Shown: in pieces, positions 1-10,018 of the stretch
How the letters are laid out: each line of letters starts with the position of its first letter
How positions within the stretch are numbered: position 1 is the stretch's first letter
Origin: an uncultured Candidatus Saccharibacteria bacterium
GTDB taxonomy: Bacteria; Patescibacteriota; Minisyncoccia; HO2-45-28
Length of the DNA stretch: 64,000 bases
Assembly: GCA_964412115.1 (NCBI GenBank)
Contig: CAYPMM010000001.1
Location: 764 to 64,763 of the forward strand
Reading direction: 5' to 3'
Notes under the pieces: generated by a model
The model's input: only the letters and a program-made list of their open reading frames with translations
Told to the model about the DNA's origin: nothing
Database searches by the model: none
Position numbers and translations under genes: made by a program

Positions 1-95
1 ATTGTTGAATTTAGATATCCAAAACTATCGGAGCAGGGCCTAATCGTCCTGAATAAGCGCGTCGGGTCTATGTTTAATCAGTTAAAATCAAACCG

Positions 96-1610
96 ATGAA
101 GGCCTGCTTTCTGCTTCAGCGCAGATTCGCCTACGTCGGACACGCCATGGCCGTGGTCTTGCAAAACAGATACGGCGTTAAAGATTTTTGCGGATACGTG
201 TATTTGAGGGACAGTCTTAAATTTTTAAAGACGCAAAAAGAAATAAATTATTCGGAACTTCTTTTAGACGAGGACGCGCATAATCAGTATAAAAACGAGC
301 CGCTTGATATAAATTATATAAACTGGCTTGAAAAAGAATACGGCATTCCGAACCTCTGGCCTTATGTTGAAGTTGACCGCATAGTCAGACACGGCCAGTT
401 TTTAAGAGAGTACCCTTATGACCGTCCACGTTATTCCCACAACGACATGATGCGAATCCTGCAGGTCAAAGCCAAATCCATTATTAAGTTTCTTGAAAGA
501 CAGCGTCCGGATTTTATTTTGTTTTCAGTTATTGGCGACATCTCAACTCTCCTCATGTACCACATCGCCCGGAAGATGGGCATAAAAACATTATTTATTC
601 AAACCGCGCGCGTAGAAACAAGGTATTCGCTTACCGAAAACTATTGGGGGTTAAGCTACATTCAAGGCGCGTTTGCCTATTTGCAAAAAAACCCCGGGCC
701 TGAAACCGAGGAAACAAAAAGGGCCGAATTGTTTCTGGAGAATTTCAGAGCAAAGCCGCGTTCTCATGCCCCGACCGATTCGCCGAAACAAAGGCCGATC
801 GGCAGAAAAAAACAATTTAAGTTCCTGCTGCCCAAAAACATCATTCATTCGCTCGGCTGGAATTTCAAAATAATTTACGACTATATAAGAAACCGGCATA
901 AAGACGACTTTAACGCGGTAAAACCGTGGCATTATTTTATTGACCGGGTCAAAAGAAAATTAAGGGTTCTAAGAGGCTTTTACGACCTGTATGACGCTCC
1001 GAACTTAGAGGAAGAATTTGCTTTTTTCCCGATGCATCTTGAGCCCGAAATATCCATTTCTCTTTTTGCTCCTTTCTACACCGACCAGCTTTGGCTCATC
1101 AAACAAATAGCCCGTTCGCTGCCGATTGCGCACAAACTGTATGTTAAAGAGCATCCGGCCATGTTCGGATATAGAACGCGCGGTTTTTACAAAGAACTTA
1201 AGAAAATACCGAATGTTAAACTGATTAACCCGGCGCTGGAAAGTTTTCCAATAACAAACGGCGCCAAGCTCATAATCACCATAAACGGCACCGCCGGCTG
1301 GGAGGGAGTTTTACTTAAAAAACCGGTCATAACTTTCGGCAATGTGTTTTATAACGTTCTGCCAATGGTCAAAAAGTGTACGGCCATTGAAGACCTGCCG
1401 CGTATCGTCAGAGAACAGCTGGAAAATTTCAGCCACGACGAACCGGCGCTTATAAACTTGATAGCATCCATTTACAAAGAAAGCGCCGACTTAAATCTGG
1501 TCCAAATCTGGGATGTTGAGGGCGGAGCGGAAATGGAAAAGAAAAAAGAAGTGGTAACCAGATTCGTTGATTTTTTGGCGCAAAAACTCGGGCTTAGTTT
1601 GGCGCGTTAA
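96..1610 (+). CDS. capsule polysaccharide biosynthesis protein (KpsS/LpsZ-like)
   Basis: 504-aa ORF; motifs FFPMHLEPE...VKEHPAMFG...INGTAGWEG typical of Capsule_synth family. Confidence 0.5.
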   Translation: MKACFLLQRRFAYVGHAMAVVLQNRYGVKDFCGYVYLRDSLKFLKTQKEINYSELLLDEDAHNQYKNEPLDINYINWLEKEYGIPNLWPYVEVDRIVRHGQFLREYPYDRPRYSHNDMMRILQVKAKSIIKFLERQRPDFILFSVIGDISTLLMYHIARKMGIKTLFIQTARVETRYSLTENYWGLSYIQGAFAYLQKNPGPETEETKRAELFLENFRAKPRSHAPTDSPKQRPIGRKKQFKFLLPKNIIHSLGWNFKIIYDYIRNRHKDDFNAVKPWHYFIDRVKRKLRVLRGFYDLYDAPNLEEEFAFFPMHLEPEISISLFAPFYTDQLWLIKQIARSLPIAHKLYVKEHPAMFGYRTRGFYKELKKIPNVKLINPALESFPITNGAKLIITINGTAGWEGVLLKKPVITFGNVFYNVLPMVKKCTAIEDLPRIVREQLENFSHDEPALINLIASIYKESADLNLVQIWDVEGGAEMEKKKEVVTRFVDFLAQKLGLSLAR

Positions 1611-1629
1611 TATTTTTTTTTAAAATAAT

Positions 1630-2478
1630 ATGGCCATTAAACTTCCACAGGGGGCAATTTTTACGGCGATGCGCGAAAAACTTAAAAAACGCGTTAAGAG
1701 TCCGGCTCTAAGGGGGGGCGCAAAAAAGCTGGCCGGATTTGCGGCCCAAATTTTAGGCCGGGTAAAAAAAATGCAGTTTCCTGAAAAGTACGGATGGGAC
1801 TGGCGGTTTGAAATGCTTTTGGAAAAGTACGAACCCGAAACCACAGCACTGGTTAAAAAAATAGTAAAACCCGACATGGTTATAATGGATGTCGGAGCGC
1901 ATATAGGATATTACGCCAGAATTTTCTCAAGGCTCACTGGCAAAAGGGGCCAGGTGTACGCCTTTGAGCCGGACGCCGAAAATTTTAAACTGCTTGAAAA
2001 AAATACGGCCCGGATCGGAAATATTGCAATAACGGAAACGGCTCTCGGCGAAAAAGAGGGCCGGATGAGCCTTTATAGGTCCGCCAATACCGGGTGCCAC
2101 AGCTTAATTCAAAAAGATTTTCACACCGAATCAAACTTGGTTGGCGTTGAAACTCTGGATAATTTTAGGCGAAAAAATCATATTGATAAAATAGATTTAA
2201 TGAAAATAGACGTTGAGGGGGGCGAGCCGATGGTCCTGTCCGCGGGACATGAAACTCTGAAGGTCACCTCAATGATAATTATGGAGTTTACGCCCGAAAA
2301 CTTTTTAAAAAACAGCATTAGTCCGGCTTCTTTTTTTCAAAAACTTGAGGACTCTTACGGCTTTTCGGCATACGCCATAAAAAATGGCGGCGATATTGAA
2401 AAAACGGCAATTAACGACGGCGCGTTAAAAAATCTTACGGCTGGCAAAGAATCCATAAATATTTTTTTGAAGAAATGA
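1630..2478 (+). CDS. FkbM family methyltransferase
   Basis: MDVGAHIGYY...VYAFEPDAENF...KIDVEGGE motifs. Confidence 0.7.
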   Translation: MAIKLPQGAIFTAMREKLKKRVKSPALRGGAKKLAGFAAQILGRVKKMQFPEKYGWDWRFEMLLEKYEPETTALVKKIVKPDMVIMDVGAHIGYYARIFSRLTGKRGQVYAFEPDAENFKLLEKNTARIGNIAITETALGEKEGRMSLYRSANTGCHSLIQKDFHTESNLVGVETLDNFRRKNHIDKIDLMKIDVEGGEPMVLSAGHETLKVTSMIIMEFTPENFLKNSISPASFFQKLEDSYGFSAYAIKNGGDIEKTAINDGALKNLTAGKESINIFLKK

Positions 2479-3677
2479 AAGTTCTGTTTATAACCTCATA
2501 CGGTTTCAACGAGCGCATGAGAAATTTTGCCGAATACATAGCCGCGCGCGTTCTGGCCGAGCGAGGAAACGCGGTTTTCGCCGTAGCGCGCCCGGAAAAG
2601 GGTGAACCGTATTTTGAAGTCAAAGACGGCATAAAAATATACAAACCCGCTGGAGTTTTAAAAATAATTTGGCTGACGGCCAGGCTTATTTTTTATGAGC
2701 GCCCGGACAGAGTCCACATTTTCAACACCAGAAATAACCGCGCCGGAATCATTGCCGCCCTTCTTTGCTATTGGTCCGGCAGGCCGTTTATTTTTACCGA
2801 GTACGGGCTCCTGCATGATTATTATCTGGTGACGGACAGAGACGACCCGTATCCATATGAGGAAAAAATAAAATTTGACCGCCCGATTCTCGGCTTCAAA
2901 AAAGTTTTTCGGGACCTTAAATTAAAACAAAATATTAAAAATTATCTTTACCACTTTCCGCTATCCAAGGCCCGGGAAGTTGTTTTTGTTTCCAAACACA
3001 ATCTGTGGATTGCCGGAAAAATGGGCATTACCAACACAAAATATCTGCCGTACATCTATGATGACAAACGCTGGTCCTCCGAAAATGCAAACGCAGACTT
3101 AAACCTCGCGCGAAGGGCTGCGGAGAAAAAAAATAAAGGCCGAAGACTCATTTTATTTGTCGGGCAAATAAAATTAAGAAAGGGCTGGGATGTTGCGCTG
3201 GAAGCGATGGCCGAGATTAAAACCGATCTTAACGCCGAGCTTTTGTTTATCACCTCAAGTTCGCCCGGCGAAACCGAGATTGTTTTTAAACTAATTGACC
3301 GGCTGGGCATTAAAGATCGGGTAACTTTCTATGAACGGGTGGACGGAGAAACTCTTAAACGGCTTTATGAAATATCCGATGTGGTTATAGTGCCCTCGCG
3401 CTATGAAGGATTTGGCCTGGCGGTCCTTGAGGCCTGGGAAATGCGCAAACCTGTGGTGGCTTCAGACGTTATAGCCATAAATGAACATGTTTTAAACGGC
3501 GTAAACGGAATGCTTGTTCCGCCCAAAAATCCTCCGGCATTGGCCAAAGCGATTGAAGACGTTCTTAGCGACGGCATTTTGAGAGACAAAATTACCGCCG
3601 GAGGCGCCGCGTCTCTTGATTTATTGAAATCGCCTTCCGCGCGCGACCAGTGGCTTGAACTTTACTTGCGTAAATAA
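2475..3677 (+). CDS. glycosyltransferase family 4
   Basis: C-terminal VVIVPSRYEGFGLAVLEAWEMRKPVVASD (GT4 EX7E motif); 4-nt overlap with upstream gene. Confidence 0.7.
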   Translation: MKVLFITSYGFNERMRNFAEYIAARVLAERGNAVFAVARPEKGEPYFEVKDGIKIYKPAGVLKIIWLTARLIFYERPDRVHIFNTRNNRAGIIAALLCYWSGRPFIFTEYGLLHDYYLVTDRDDPYPYEEKIKFDRPILGFKKVFRDLKLKQNIKNYLYHFPLSKAREVVFVSKHNLWIAGKMGITNTKYLPYIYDDKRWSSENANADLNLARRAAEKKNKGRRLILFVGQIKLRKGWDVALEAMAEIKTDLNAELLFITSSSPGETEIVFKLIDRLGIKDRVTFYERVDGETLKRLYEISDVVIVPSRYEGFGLAVLEAWEMRKPVVASDVIAINEHVLNGVNGMLVPPKNPPALAKAIEDVLSDGILRDKITAGGAASLDLLKSPSARDQWLELYLRK

Positions 3678-3699
3678 AATTAGAATATAATATTGTTAT

Positions 3700-4962
3700 A
3701 TGAAATCAAAAAAACAAACCGGCCCGGTCAAAAAGTGCCAGATATGTTCTTATAAAAATCTGCCGAGTGTTTTAGCGCTTGGACATCAGCCTATAGTGCA
3801 GGCGTATCTTACAAAAAACCAGCTACGAGAGCCCGAAATTACCTATCCCTTAAATCTGTGCCGATGTCCGAAATGCGGTCTTTTGCAGATTGACTATATT
3901 ATCAGTCCGGAGATCGTATTCCCAAAAAATTATCCTTACCGCACCGGACTTACGGGCATGCTTGTTCGAAACTTTCGCGAGCTTGCCGCCGAGCTTGAGA
4001 AAAAACACTTCTTTAAAAAAAGTGATTTGGTCGTTGATATAGGGTCCAACGACGGAACTTTGCTTCAGGGTTTTAAAGATAGGGGCGCTAAAGTTCTTGG
4101 CGTTGAGCCGACTGACGCCGCGCGTGTTGCCGATAAAAACGGAATTGAAACTCTTCAGGAGTTTTTCACCGAAAAAACGGCGGAAAAAATATTGAAAAAA
4201 TACGGCAGGGCAAAAATTATAACCGCCGCGAATGTTTTTGCCCATATTCCCAACCCGCTTGAACTCACAAAAAACATAAAAAGAGTTTTAAGGCCGGATG
4301 GCGTTTTTGTTTCGGAGTCGCAATATTTGATGGATATTGTGGAGAAATTGGAGTTTGACACGATTTATCACGAACATCTGCGATTTTATTCCATGAAACC
4401 CCTGGCAAAACTTTTTTCTTCAGCCAAAATGAGTTTGACCGACGCCGAAAGAATAACCGCCGCCGGCGGGTCAATCAGGGTTTATGCCAGGCCCGGCCGC
4501 CATCCGATGAGCGAGCGCGCAAAAAAACTTATCGCGGCCGAAGAAAAAGCCGGTATTTATAACTCTTCGGCTTTAAATAAATTCGCCGAAAAAGTGATTG
4601 GCGCGAAAAACGACTTGGTATCTCTTCTTTTAAAATTGAAAAAGGAGGGCGCTGGCATTGCCGGTATCGGCAGTCCGGCAAGAGCCAACACGCTTTTGGG
4701 ATTTACAAAAATAAACCGGCATATTCTGGATTATGCCTGCGAAAAAAGCGGCTCGCCTAAAATAGGCCTTTTTACGCCCGGCACCCACATACCGGTCGTA
4801 GATGAAAAAGTATTATTTAAAAAACAGCCCGATTACGCTCTTGTGCTTTCTTGGCACATAGGCCCGGAGCTGATGAAGATATTCCGCAAAAACGGATATA
4901 AAGGAAAATTTATTATGCCCCTGCCGAAGCCGAAAATCTATTCCTTGGTCCCGATAAAATAA
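3700..4962 (+). CDS. NDP-sugar C-methyltransferase (Zn-ribbon + SAM MTase + C-methyltransferase C-terminal domain, TylCIII-like)
   Basis: N-terminal CxxC...CPKCGLLQ zinc ribbon, VVDIGSNDGTLL SAM motif, long C-terminal domain. Confidence 0.6.
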   Translation: MKSKKQTGPVKKCQICSYKNLPSVLALGHQPIVQAYLTKNQLREPEITYPLNLCRCPKCGLLQIDYIISPEIVFPKNYPYRTGLTGMLVRNFRELAAELEKKHFFKKSDLVVDIGSNDGTLLQGFKDRGAKVLGVEPTDAARVADKNGIETLQEFFTEKTAEKILKKYGRAKIITAANVFAHIPNPLELTKNIKRVLRPDGVFVSESQYLMDIVEKLEFDTIYHEHLRFYSMKPLAKLFSSAKMSLTDAERITAAGGSIRVYARPGRHPMSERAKKLIAAEEKAGIYNSSALNKFAEKVIGAKNDLVSLLLKLKKEGAGIAGIGSPARANTLLGFTKINRHILDYACEKSGSPKIGLFTPGTHIPVVDEKVLFKKQPDYALVLSWHIGPELMKIFRKNGYKGKFIMPLPKPKIYSLVPIK

Positions 4963-5732
4963 TAAGCATGGGCTATGTTTGAAGCAGTTTTATAACGCTT
5001 AAAAATAAAATCCAGCCAGTTTAGCGGTATAAACAAAACTATAAAAATCAGCCAAAAAATCTGATGCAAAAAAACGGAATTGAACGAAAAGAACATCGCC
5101 AGCCATTCGCGTAAAATATAGGTCATGGCGTTGGTCGGACCGACGGCGATACCCAGTTCTTTTTCGTGAAAATCTTTCAAAAGTTCCCTTAACCCTTCCG
5201 TGGTCCATCTGTAATAATCGCCGGGCGAAGAGTGATAGCCGATAATAAAGGGGGTTGAAATATAAATCATTCCGCCCGGCTTCAGCACCCTAAACATTTC
5301 AGCAACCGCGGTTTCGGGATCTTTTAAATGCTCAAGCATAAATTCAGCGACAACAGCATCGGCGGAGTTGTCGTAAAAAGGAAGATTGTGGACATCGGCG
5401 ACCACATCCACGCCTTCAAGCGGCAAGATATCAACATTAACCGCGTCTTCCCGTACGGTATGCACGCCCGAACCAAGATTTATGATAAAAGCGTCTTTGG
5501 ATAAATTCGCGACGGTTTTCTGGGCCGACTTTCCGACAAATGTCCCAAGGGTGTAATAAAGAAAAAGAAAAAACTTGGGATATTTTTTTAAAAAAAGTTT
5601 TAGTTTAAAAATAAGGTCATCCGGTCTTTCGGCGTTTTTTACCGCGGCATCGGAGTCTACGAAGAAAAATTTTCCGTCCACAAATCTATGTTCTGTATTA
5701 AAATATTTAACAAAATCTTTTTTCGGGCTCAT
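4938..5732 (-). CDS. class I SAM-dependent methyltransferase
   Basis: VNVDILPLEG...ADVHNLPFYDNSADAVVAEFMLEHL...VLKPGGMIYIS (Methyltransf_11-like). Confidence 0.65.
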   Translation of the reverse strand: MSPKKDFVKYFNTEHRFVDGKFFFVDSDAAVKNAERPDDLIFKLKLFLKKYPKFFLFLYYTLGTFVGKSAQKTVANLSKDAFIINLGSGVHTVREDAVNVDILPLEGVDVVADVHNLPFYDNSADAVVAEFMLEHLKDPETAVAEMFRVLKPGGMIYISTPFIIGYHSSPGDYYRWTTEGLRELLKDFHEKELGIAVGPTNAMTYILREWLAMFFSFNSVFLHQIFWLIFIVLFIPLNWLDFIFKRYKTASNIAHAYYFIGTKE

Positions 5733-5762
5733 TGATAATAAACTAACACAAATTCGCCAAAG

Positions 5763-5797
5763 AAAAAACCCTCTTTTTAAGAGGGTTTTTTGAGCCA
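5763..5797 (-). terminator. intrinsic terminator of tal (hairpin overlaps stop codon)
   Basis: minus-strand RNA CCCUCUUAAAAAGAGGG followed by UUUUUUCUUU. Confidence 0.6.
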
Positions 5798-6520
5798 GTT
5801 TTCAAAGTTGGCCAAAAACTCTTTAATAACTTCATTTGTTTTAAAGAGCGAAACCATCTCCGGAAAAAGTTTGGGCTGTACGGTAACGATATGAGCGCCC
5901 GAAAGTCCGGCCATTTTCACGTCATTAGCCGAACGTATGCTTCCGGCGATTATTTCAACATCGGGATAAGATGCGTCTAAAAGCGAGCGCGTCGCGTAAA
6001 CGACTTCCCATGGGTCAAAATCTTTTTGGGTAAATGACTTTTTTTCAATGCCGTCTTTCAACTCCTTTTCAAACTTTCCGCCAAAGCCCCCGTCTCGGAT
6101 CCGGCCTACAAACAAACTGACATATCGCGCCCCAGCCGCGGCTCCCATAATCGCCTGATTAACGGTCATGCAACAAGTGCAATTTACCGAAAAGCCCTTT
6201 TTCTTTAACATTTTAATTGCTTTTAGTTCGTCCCGGCCAATTTGAACCTTAATGCTCAATTGGTCATATCCAAATGTCTTCCTGAAATGTTCCGCCTGTT
6301 TAACAATTTCGTCCGGGTCGGTTGAAAATACTTCAACGCTAAGATGAATTCCGTTTTGATGTTTTTCAATTAGCTTGATTATCTTTTTAATGTGCTCTTC
6401 AAAGGCGGATTTGGGCTCTTTGGCCAAAAGCGACGGATTGGTGGTAATTCCCCGCGCAAAACCGCGCTTAAGAGTTTCTTCAATGTCTTCCAGATTGGCG
6501 GTGTCAACGAAAAGCTTCAT
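5777..6520 (-). CDS. tal: transaldolase / fructose-6-phosphate aldolase family
   Basis: MKLFVDTANLEDI...GITTNPSL signature; start taken at internal ATG (6518-6520) preceded by GGAGG RBS rather than the track start 6628. Confidence 0.75.
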   Translation of the reverse strand: MKLFVDTANLEDIEETLKRGFARGITTNPSLLAKEPKSAFEEHIKKIIKLIEKHQNGIHLSVEVFSTDPDEIVKQAEHFRKTFGYDQLSIKVQIGRDELKAIKMLKKKGFSVNCTCCMTVNQAIMGAAAGARYVSLFVGRIRDGGFGGKFEKELKDGIEKKSFTQKDFDPWEVVYATRSLLDASYPDVEIIAGSIRSANDVKMAGLSGAHIVTVQPKLFPEMVSLFKTNEVIKEFLANFENWLKKPS

Positions 6521-6524
6521 GGTC

Positions 6525-7067
6525 TTAGCCCTCCTCTTTTTCAAGGCGCGAGACAAGTTCAGCCGCTTCCAGCAAATCTCCGACACAAAAATCGCTTTTG
6601 ACACCGGTATTATAAAAAGCCCGAACAAGAATCGTCCGGCAACCGGCTGATCTTGCGGCGGCCATATCGTTTTCGGTATCCCCGACCATGAAAGAACGGC
6701 TTAAATCAATATGCCATCTTTTTTGCGCGTTAAATAGCATTCCGGGCTTTGGTTTTTTACAGCCGCAATCTTCATCCCGGCCATGCCGGCAGATAAAAAC
6801 ATCATCAAACCCGAGCCTTTCAATTTCATCCTGAATTCTCATCCATTCTGCTTCCGACAGATGGCCGTATTTAACGTCAGGCTGATTGGTGACCATAATT
6901 CTCATAAAACCGGCAAGCTTTAAAATGCATAGCGCGTCTCCCGCACCGTCAAAAATACGCAGCTCTTCAAAAGAAAACGGTGCTGTTGGCAGATTAAAAC
7001 CCGGTCTTTGCACCGGATGATTTACCACGCCGTCGCGGTCTATAAATACCGCCTTTCGGCTATTCAT
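6525..7067 (-). CDS. gmhB: D-glycero-D-manno-heptose 1,7-bisphosphate phosphatase (HAD-IIIA)
   Basis: AVFIDRDGVVN and CRHGRDEDCGCKKPKPGM Zn-motif. Confidence 0.75.
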   Translation of the reverse strand: MNSRKAVFIDRDGVVNHPVQRPGFNLPTAPFSFEELRIFDGAGDALCILKLAGFMRIMVTNQPDVKYGHLSEAEWMRIQDEIERLGFDDVFICRHGRDEDCGCKKPKPGMLFNAQKRWHIDLSRSFMVGDTENDMAAARSAGCRTILVRAFYNTGVKSDFCVGDLLEAAELVSRLEKEEG

Positions 7068-7723
7068 CTTCCGGCTCCGGTGCTATATGCCGCCTGAATC
7101 AATTCTTTCAGCCGAAAAGCTATAAGATGATGCAAAACAACATGAAACGATTCAACCAAAGCCGTTGAATCCGCCGGCACCACGACGCAGACATTGACCA
7201 AATCTTTCATCGGTCCGCCGTCAAATCCGGATAAACCGAGAGTAAGACCGCTGCGGTCTTTGATATACTGCAAACCTTTAAGCAGATTTTGCGACCATTT
7301 TCCGCCCTTATCGGCTCCGCTTCCGCCGTGAACGCTTATGCCGATTCCGATTCCGCCTTGAACGTAGTGGGTATCAAGCCAAGCCGTAAAAAGGTCTTCT
7401 TTAGGACGGTCATTTACAATAGCGCTAACAAGCGGAATATTATCCCAGGGCGTCAGGGCCTTAAGGCCTCGCCAGCCGGGCATATCGGCAATCGTTTTTG
7501 ACAGGTCGGCGGCAAAGTGAGTGGCGGTTGAAGCCGACCCGCCGTTGCCCATAATATAAATCGGCAAATCTTTTTCCCACGCGCCGAACAAAATACGGAT
7601 CATTTCGGCAATCTCGCCTTTTTGGGCAACCAGCTTTTCGGCAACATGTTTAACTTCTTGTAAATGCGATAAAACAAGCGATCTGTCTACGGCATCAAAA
7701 TCAAAAACCCGTTCCTGCGCCAT
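7064..7723 (-). CDS. gmhA: sedoheptulose-7-phosphate isomerase (SIS domain)
   Basis: IYIMGNGGSASTATHFAADL SIS motif; overlaps gmhB by 4 nt. Confidence 0.75.
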   Translation of the reverse strand: MAQERVFDFDAVDRSLVLSHLQEVKHVAEKLVAQKGEIAEMIRILFGAWEKDLPIYIMGNGGSASTATHFAADLSKTIADMPGWRGLKALTPWDNIPLVSAIVNDRPKEDLFTAWLDTHYVQGGIGIGISVHGGSGADKGGKWSQNLLKGLQYIKDRSGLTLGLSGFDGGPMKDLVNVCVVVPADSTALVESFHVVLHHLIAFRLKELIQAAYSTGAGR

Positions 7724-7821
7724 TTAAACACCTCTTTGATGTCAAGCCTATTCTGCCATTGAGTCTATCACGCCTTAAGCCGAAAAAAACTTGTAGAAAA
7801 ATTAAATTCGTGTCGTTATTA

Positions 7822-7856
7822 AATAAAAATACCCCGCAACCGCGGGGTTTTTATTT
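7822..7856 (-). terminator. intrinsic terminator after hddA
   Basis: CCCCGCGGUUGCGGGG hairpin then U-rich tract on minus strand. Confidence 0.55.
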
Positions 7857-8842
7857 TATAGAGTAATAATGTCGGTTCTGGCGCCAAGCGCATCCAAATT
7901 AAAACTCATTTCGCGCATATTGAATTTTTGCAAGGCATCGCGAACCGACCGCTTAACATGGTCAGACGGGCAATAAAACATAAAATATCCTCCGCCTCCT
8001 GCGCCCATAATCTTTCCGCCGAGAGCCCCGGCCTTACGCGCCGTTTCATAAATTTCGTCCAGCCAGTCGTTGGTCATGCCTTGAGCCATCTGTCTTTTCA
8101 AAATCCAGTGCTGGTGCATTAAATCTCCGAAGCAATCAAGGTTTGAACGCGTAAAGGCGCTCAAAATCGCTCGGCCTATTTCCTTGGTTTGATGCTTCAG
8201 CCGTAAAACTTTTTCTTCGTTTTGGCTGGATAAAATAGGTTCGCTGTCCCGACGAATGCCGGTATAGAAAAACAGAGTATTTTCAAAAAAAGCATTGACC
8301 GTTTCCGGAACAATTATCGGCTTAATCACTTCTACCGACCCGTCCGTATCAATTTCCAAAACAACAAATCCGCCCAGAGCGCAGACATACGGGTCCTGCT
8401 TGCCGTCGGGCAAACCCAGATTTTGCGTCAGAATAAACGACCGCCTTGCCGCCTCTAAATTGCTCATGGTTTGGCCTTGATAAGCCGTAAGCCCCTTCAG
8501 GAGGGCCACGGAGCAGGCTCCGGATGAACCAAGGCCGGTTCCGGCAGGCGAATCGGCGCTAAAAGATATTAAAACACGGCCGTTGACACCGGTCATTTTA
8601 AGCGCTTCTCGCCCAATGGTGTGTTTTATTTTACGCGGCGAGGACTCCGATTCATAACGCGTATAGTGCATGTGGATATAGTCGTCGGATGCCGGACGCT
8701 TAAAAAAAACATCCATATATATGTCAATAGAGGCGGCAAATATGAATCCGCCGTATTTTTGGTAATAAGACGGCATATCCGTAGAACCGCCGCCGAGAGG
8801 CAGACGAAAAGGGACCCGGCTGAAAACGACGGGCGAGGCCAT
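7856..8842 (-). CDS. hddA: D-glycero-alpha-D-manno-heptose 7-phosphate kinase (GHMP kinase)
   Basis: FRLPLGGGSTD and GLGSSGACSVALL GHMP motifs; strong AGGGAGA RBS. Confidence 0.7.
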   Translation of the reverse strand: MASPVVFSRVPFRLPLGGGSTDMPSYYQKYGGFIFAASIDIYMDVFFKRPASDDYIHMHYTRYESESSPRKIKHTIGREALKMTGVNGRVLISFSADSPAGTGLGSSGACSVALLKGLTAYQGQTMSNLEAARRSFILTQNLGLPDGKQDPYVCALGGFVVLEIDTDGSVEVIKPIIVPETVNAFFENTLFFYTGIRRDSEPILSSQNEEKVLRLKHQTKEIGRAILSAFTRSNLDCFGDLMHQHWILKRQMAQGMTNDWLDEIYETARKAGALGGKIMGAGGGGYFMFYCPSDHVKRSVRDALQKFNMREMSFNLDALGARTDIITL

Positions 8843-8896
8843 TTTATTCTCCCTAATTTTTAGAAGTTTATTTAAGAACTCTAAAAATACTCTAGT

Positions 8897-10018
8897 TTAT
8901 TTTTCCGGCGGCGTCCAGCCGTTCTGCACTTCTTTTAAAATATTTTTGGCCGCCGAAACGCAGGTTATAATTTTACCGCTCAAAACCGAAAAACACCCCC
9001 GGCCGTGGCTGACAACGTCGGTCGGACGGATATCGGCGGATTTGGCCGAAAGGTCAACCGGCAATATGACGAACATTGACTCAACATATTCGGCGCCGCG
9101 TATCGCCGGAATCCACTTTGCGCATCTGGCCCGCATTTCCGGCCAGCGAGATTTTAACATTCCCAGTTTTTTTTCCAATGATGTGGCGCTGTTTTTTTGC
9201 GAATGGATTTCATGCACCGACAAAGGAACGTCGCCGAAAGTAAAAATATTTTTTCGGGCCGTCGGAATTAAAGTCGTAAACGGCCCGTCGACGACGGTTA
9301 TGGCGTATTTTTGTTTAACATTCAATTTCACCGCGATTATTTCTTTCAACCGAAACTCCAGTTTCTTTTTGGGAAAACCCAGCCAGCCGCAAAATTCATT
9401 GTAGTTGGCGTATGTCGCGTTAATAACGCAATCAAAAGCGTATTCTTTTCTTTTCCCTCCGGATTCAACGGTCAGAACTTTTTGACCGTCTTTGGAAAAT
9501 CGCGCGCCGAGAACTTTATGGTTGGGTTTAAAATTAATCTTGCCGTTATTATTCAGCCTGTTTTTTATAAGGCGTTTTAATTTTTCGTAGTCATAAACCG
9601 CCTCTTTTGTTCGGACGCACGCGTCAACCGAATCGGGGTTTAAAAATTCGGCGGGCGGATACTCCTTTTTGTGCCAGATATTATTTTTTTTGCAGTTGAA
9701 CAAAAAATCTTTCGCTGAAATTTTGGAATCCGCTTTAGCCACGCCGTAGAAACTGGGAAAATCATAAACGATCGCGTTTTTATAAAAAGACGTAAAATCG
9801 CTTGTCGCGGCTTTTATTTCCTTTATCATTTCGGAGCTTCTGGGATAATGAAAACCGGCATGATGCCTATACTGATTTTTTCTGGAAGCTTCGGAAAGTA
9901 TGCCGGAGTGTCTCTCAAATAAAGTAACCGGGTACTTCTTTCCCAAAATAAGGGCGCAGGTCGTCCCGAAAATTCCCCCGCCGATAATAGCGATACGCGG
10001 CTTTTTAATTTCCTTCAT
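8897..10018 (-). CDS. FAD/NAD(P)-binding oxidoreductase
   Basis: N-terminal IAIIGGGIFGTTCAL Rossmann dinucleotide motif. Confidence 0.5.
   Translation of the reverse strand: MKEIKKPRIAIIGGGIFGTTCALILGKKYPVTLFERHSGILSEASRKNQYRHHAGFHYPRSSEMIKEIKAATSDFTSFYKNAIVYDFPSFYGVAKADSKISAKDFLFNCKKNNIWHKKEYPPAEFLNPDSVDACVRTKEAVYDYEKLKRLIKNRLNNNGKINFKPNHKVLGARFSKDGQKVLTVESGGKRKEYAFDCVINATYANYNEFCGWLGFPKKKLEFRLKEIIAVKLNVKQKYAITVVDGPFTTLIPTARKNIFTFGDVPLSVHEIHSQKNSATSLEKKLGMLKSRWPEMRARCAKWIPAIRGAEYVESMFVILPVDLSAKSADIRPTDVVSHGRGCFSVLSGKIITCVSAAKNILKEVQNGWTPPEK

Noticed and set aside
8946-9404. 152-aa plus-strand ORF
   Set aside because: Antisense to the FAD-dependent oxidoreductase. Shadow ORF.
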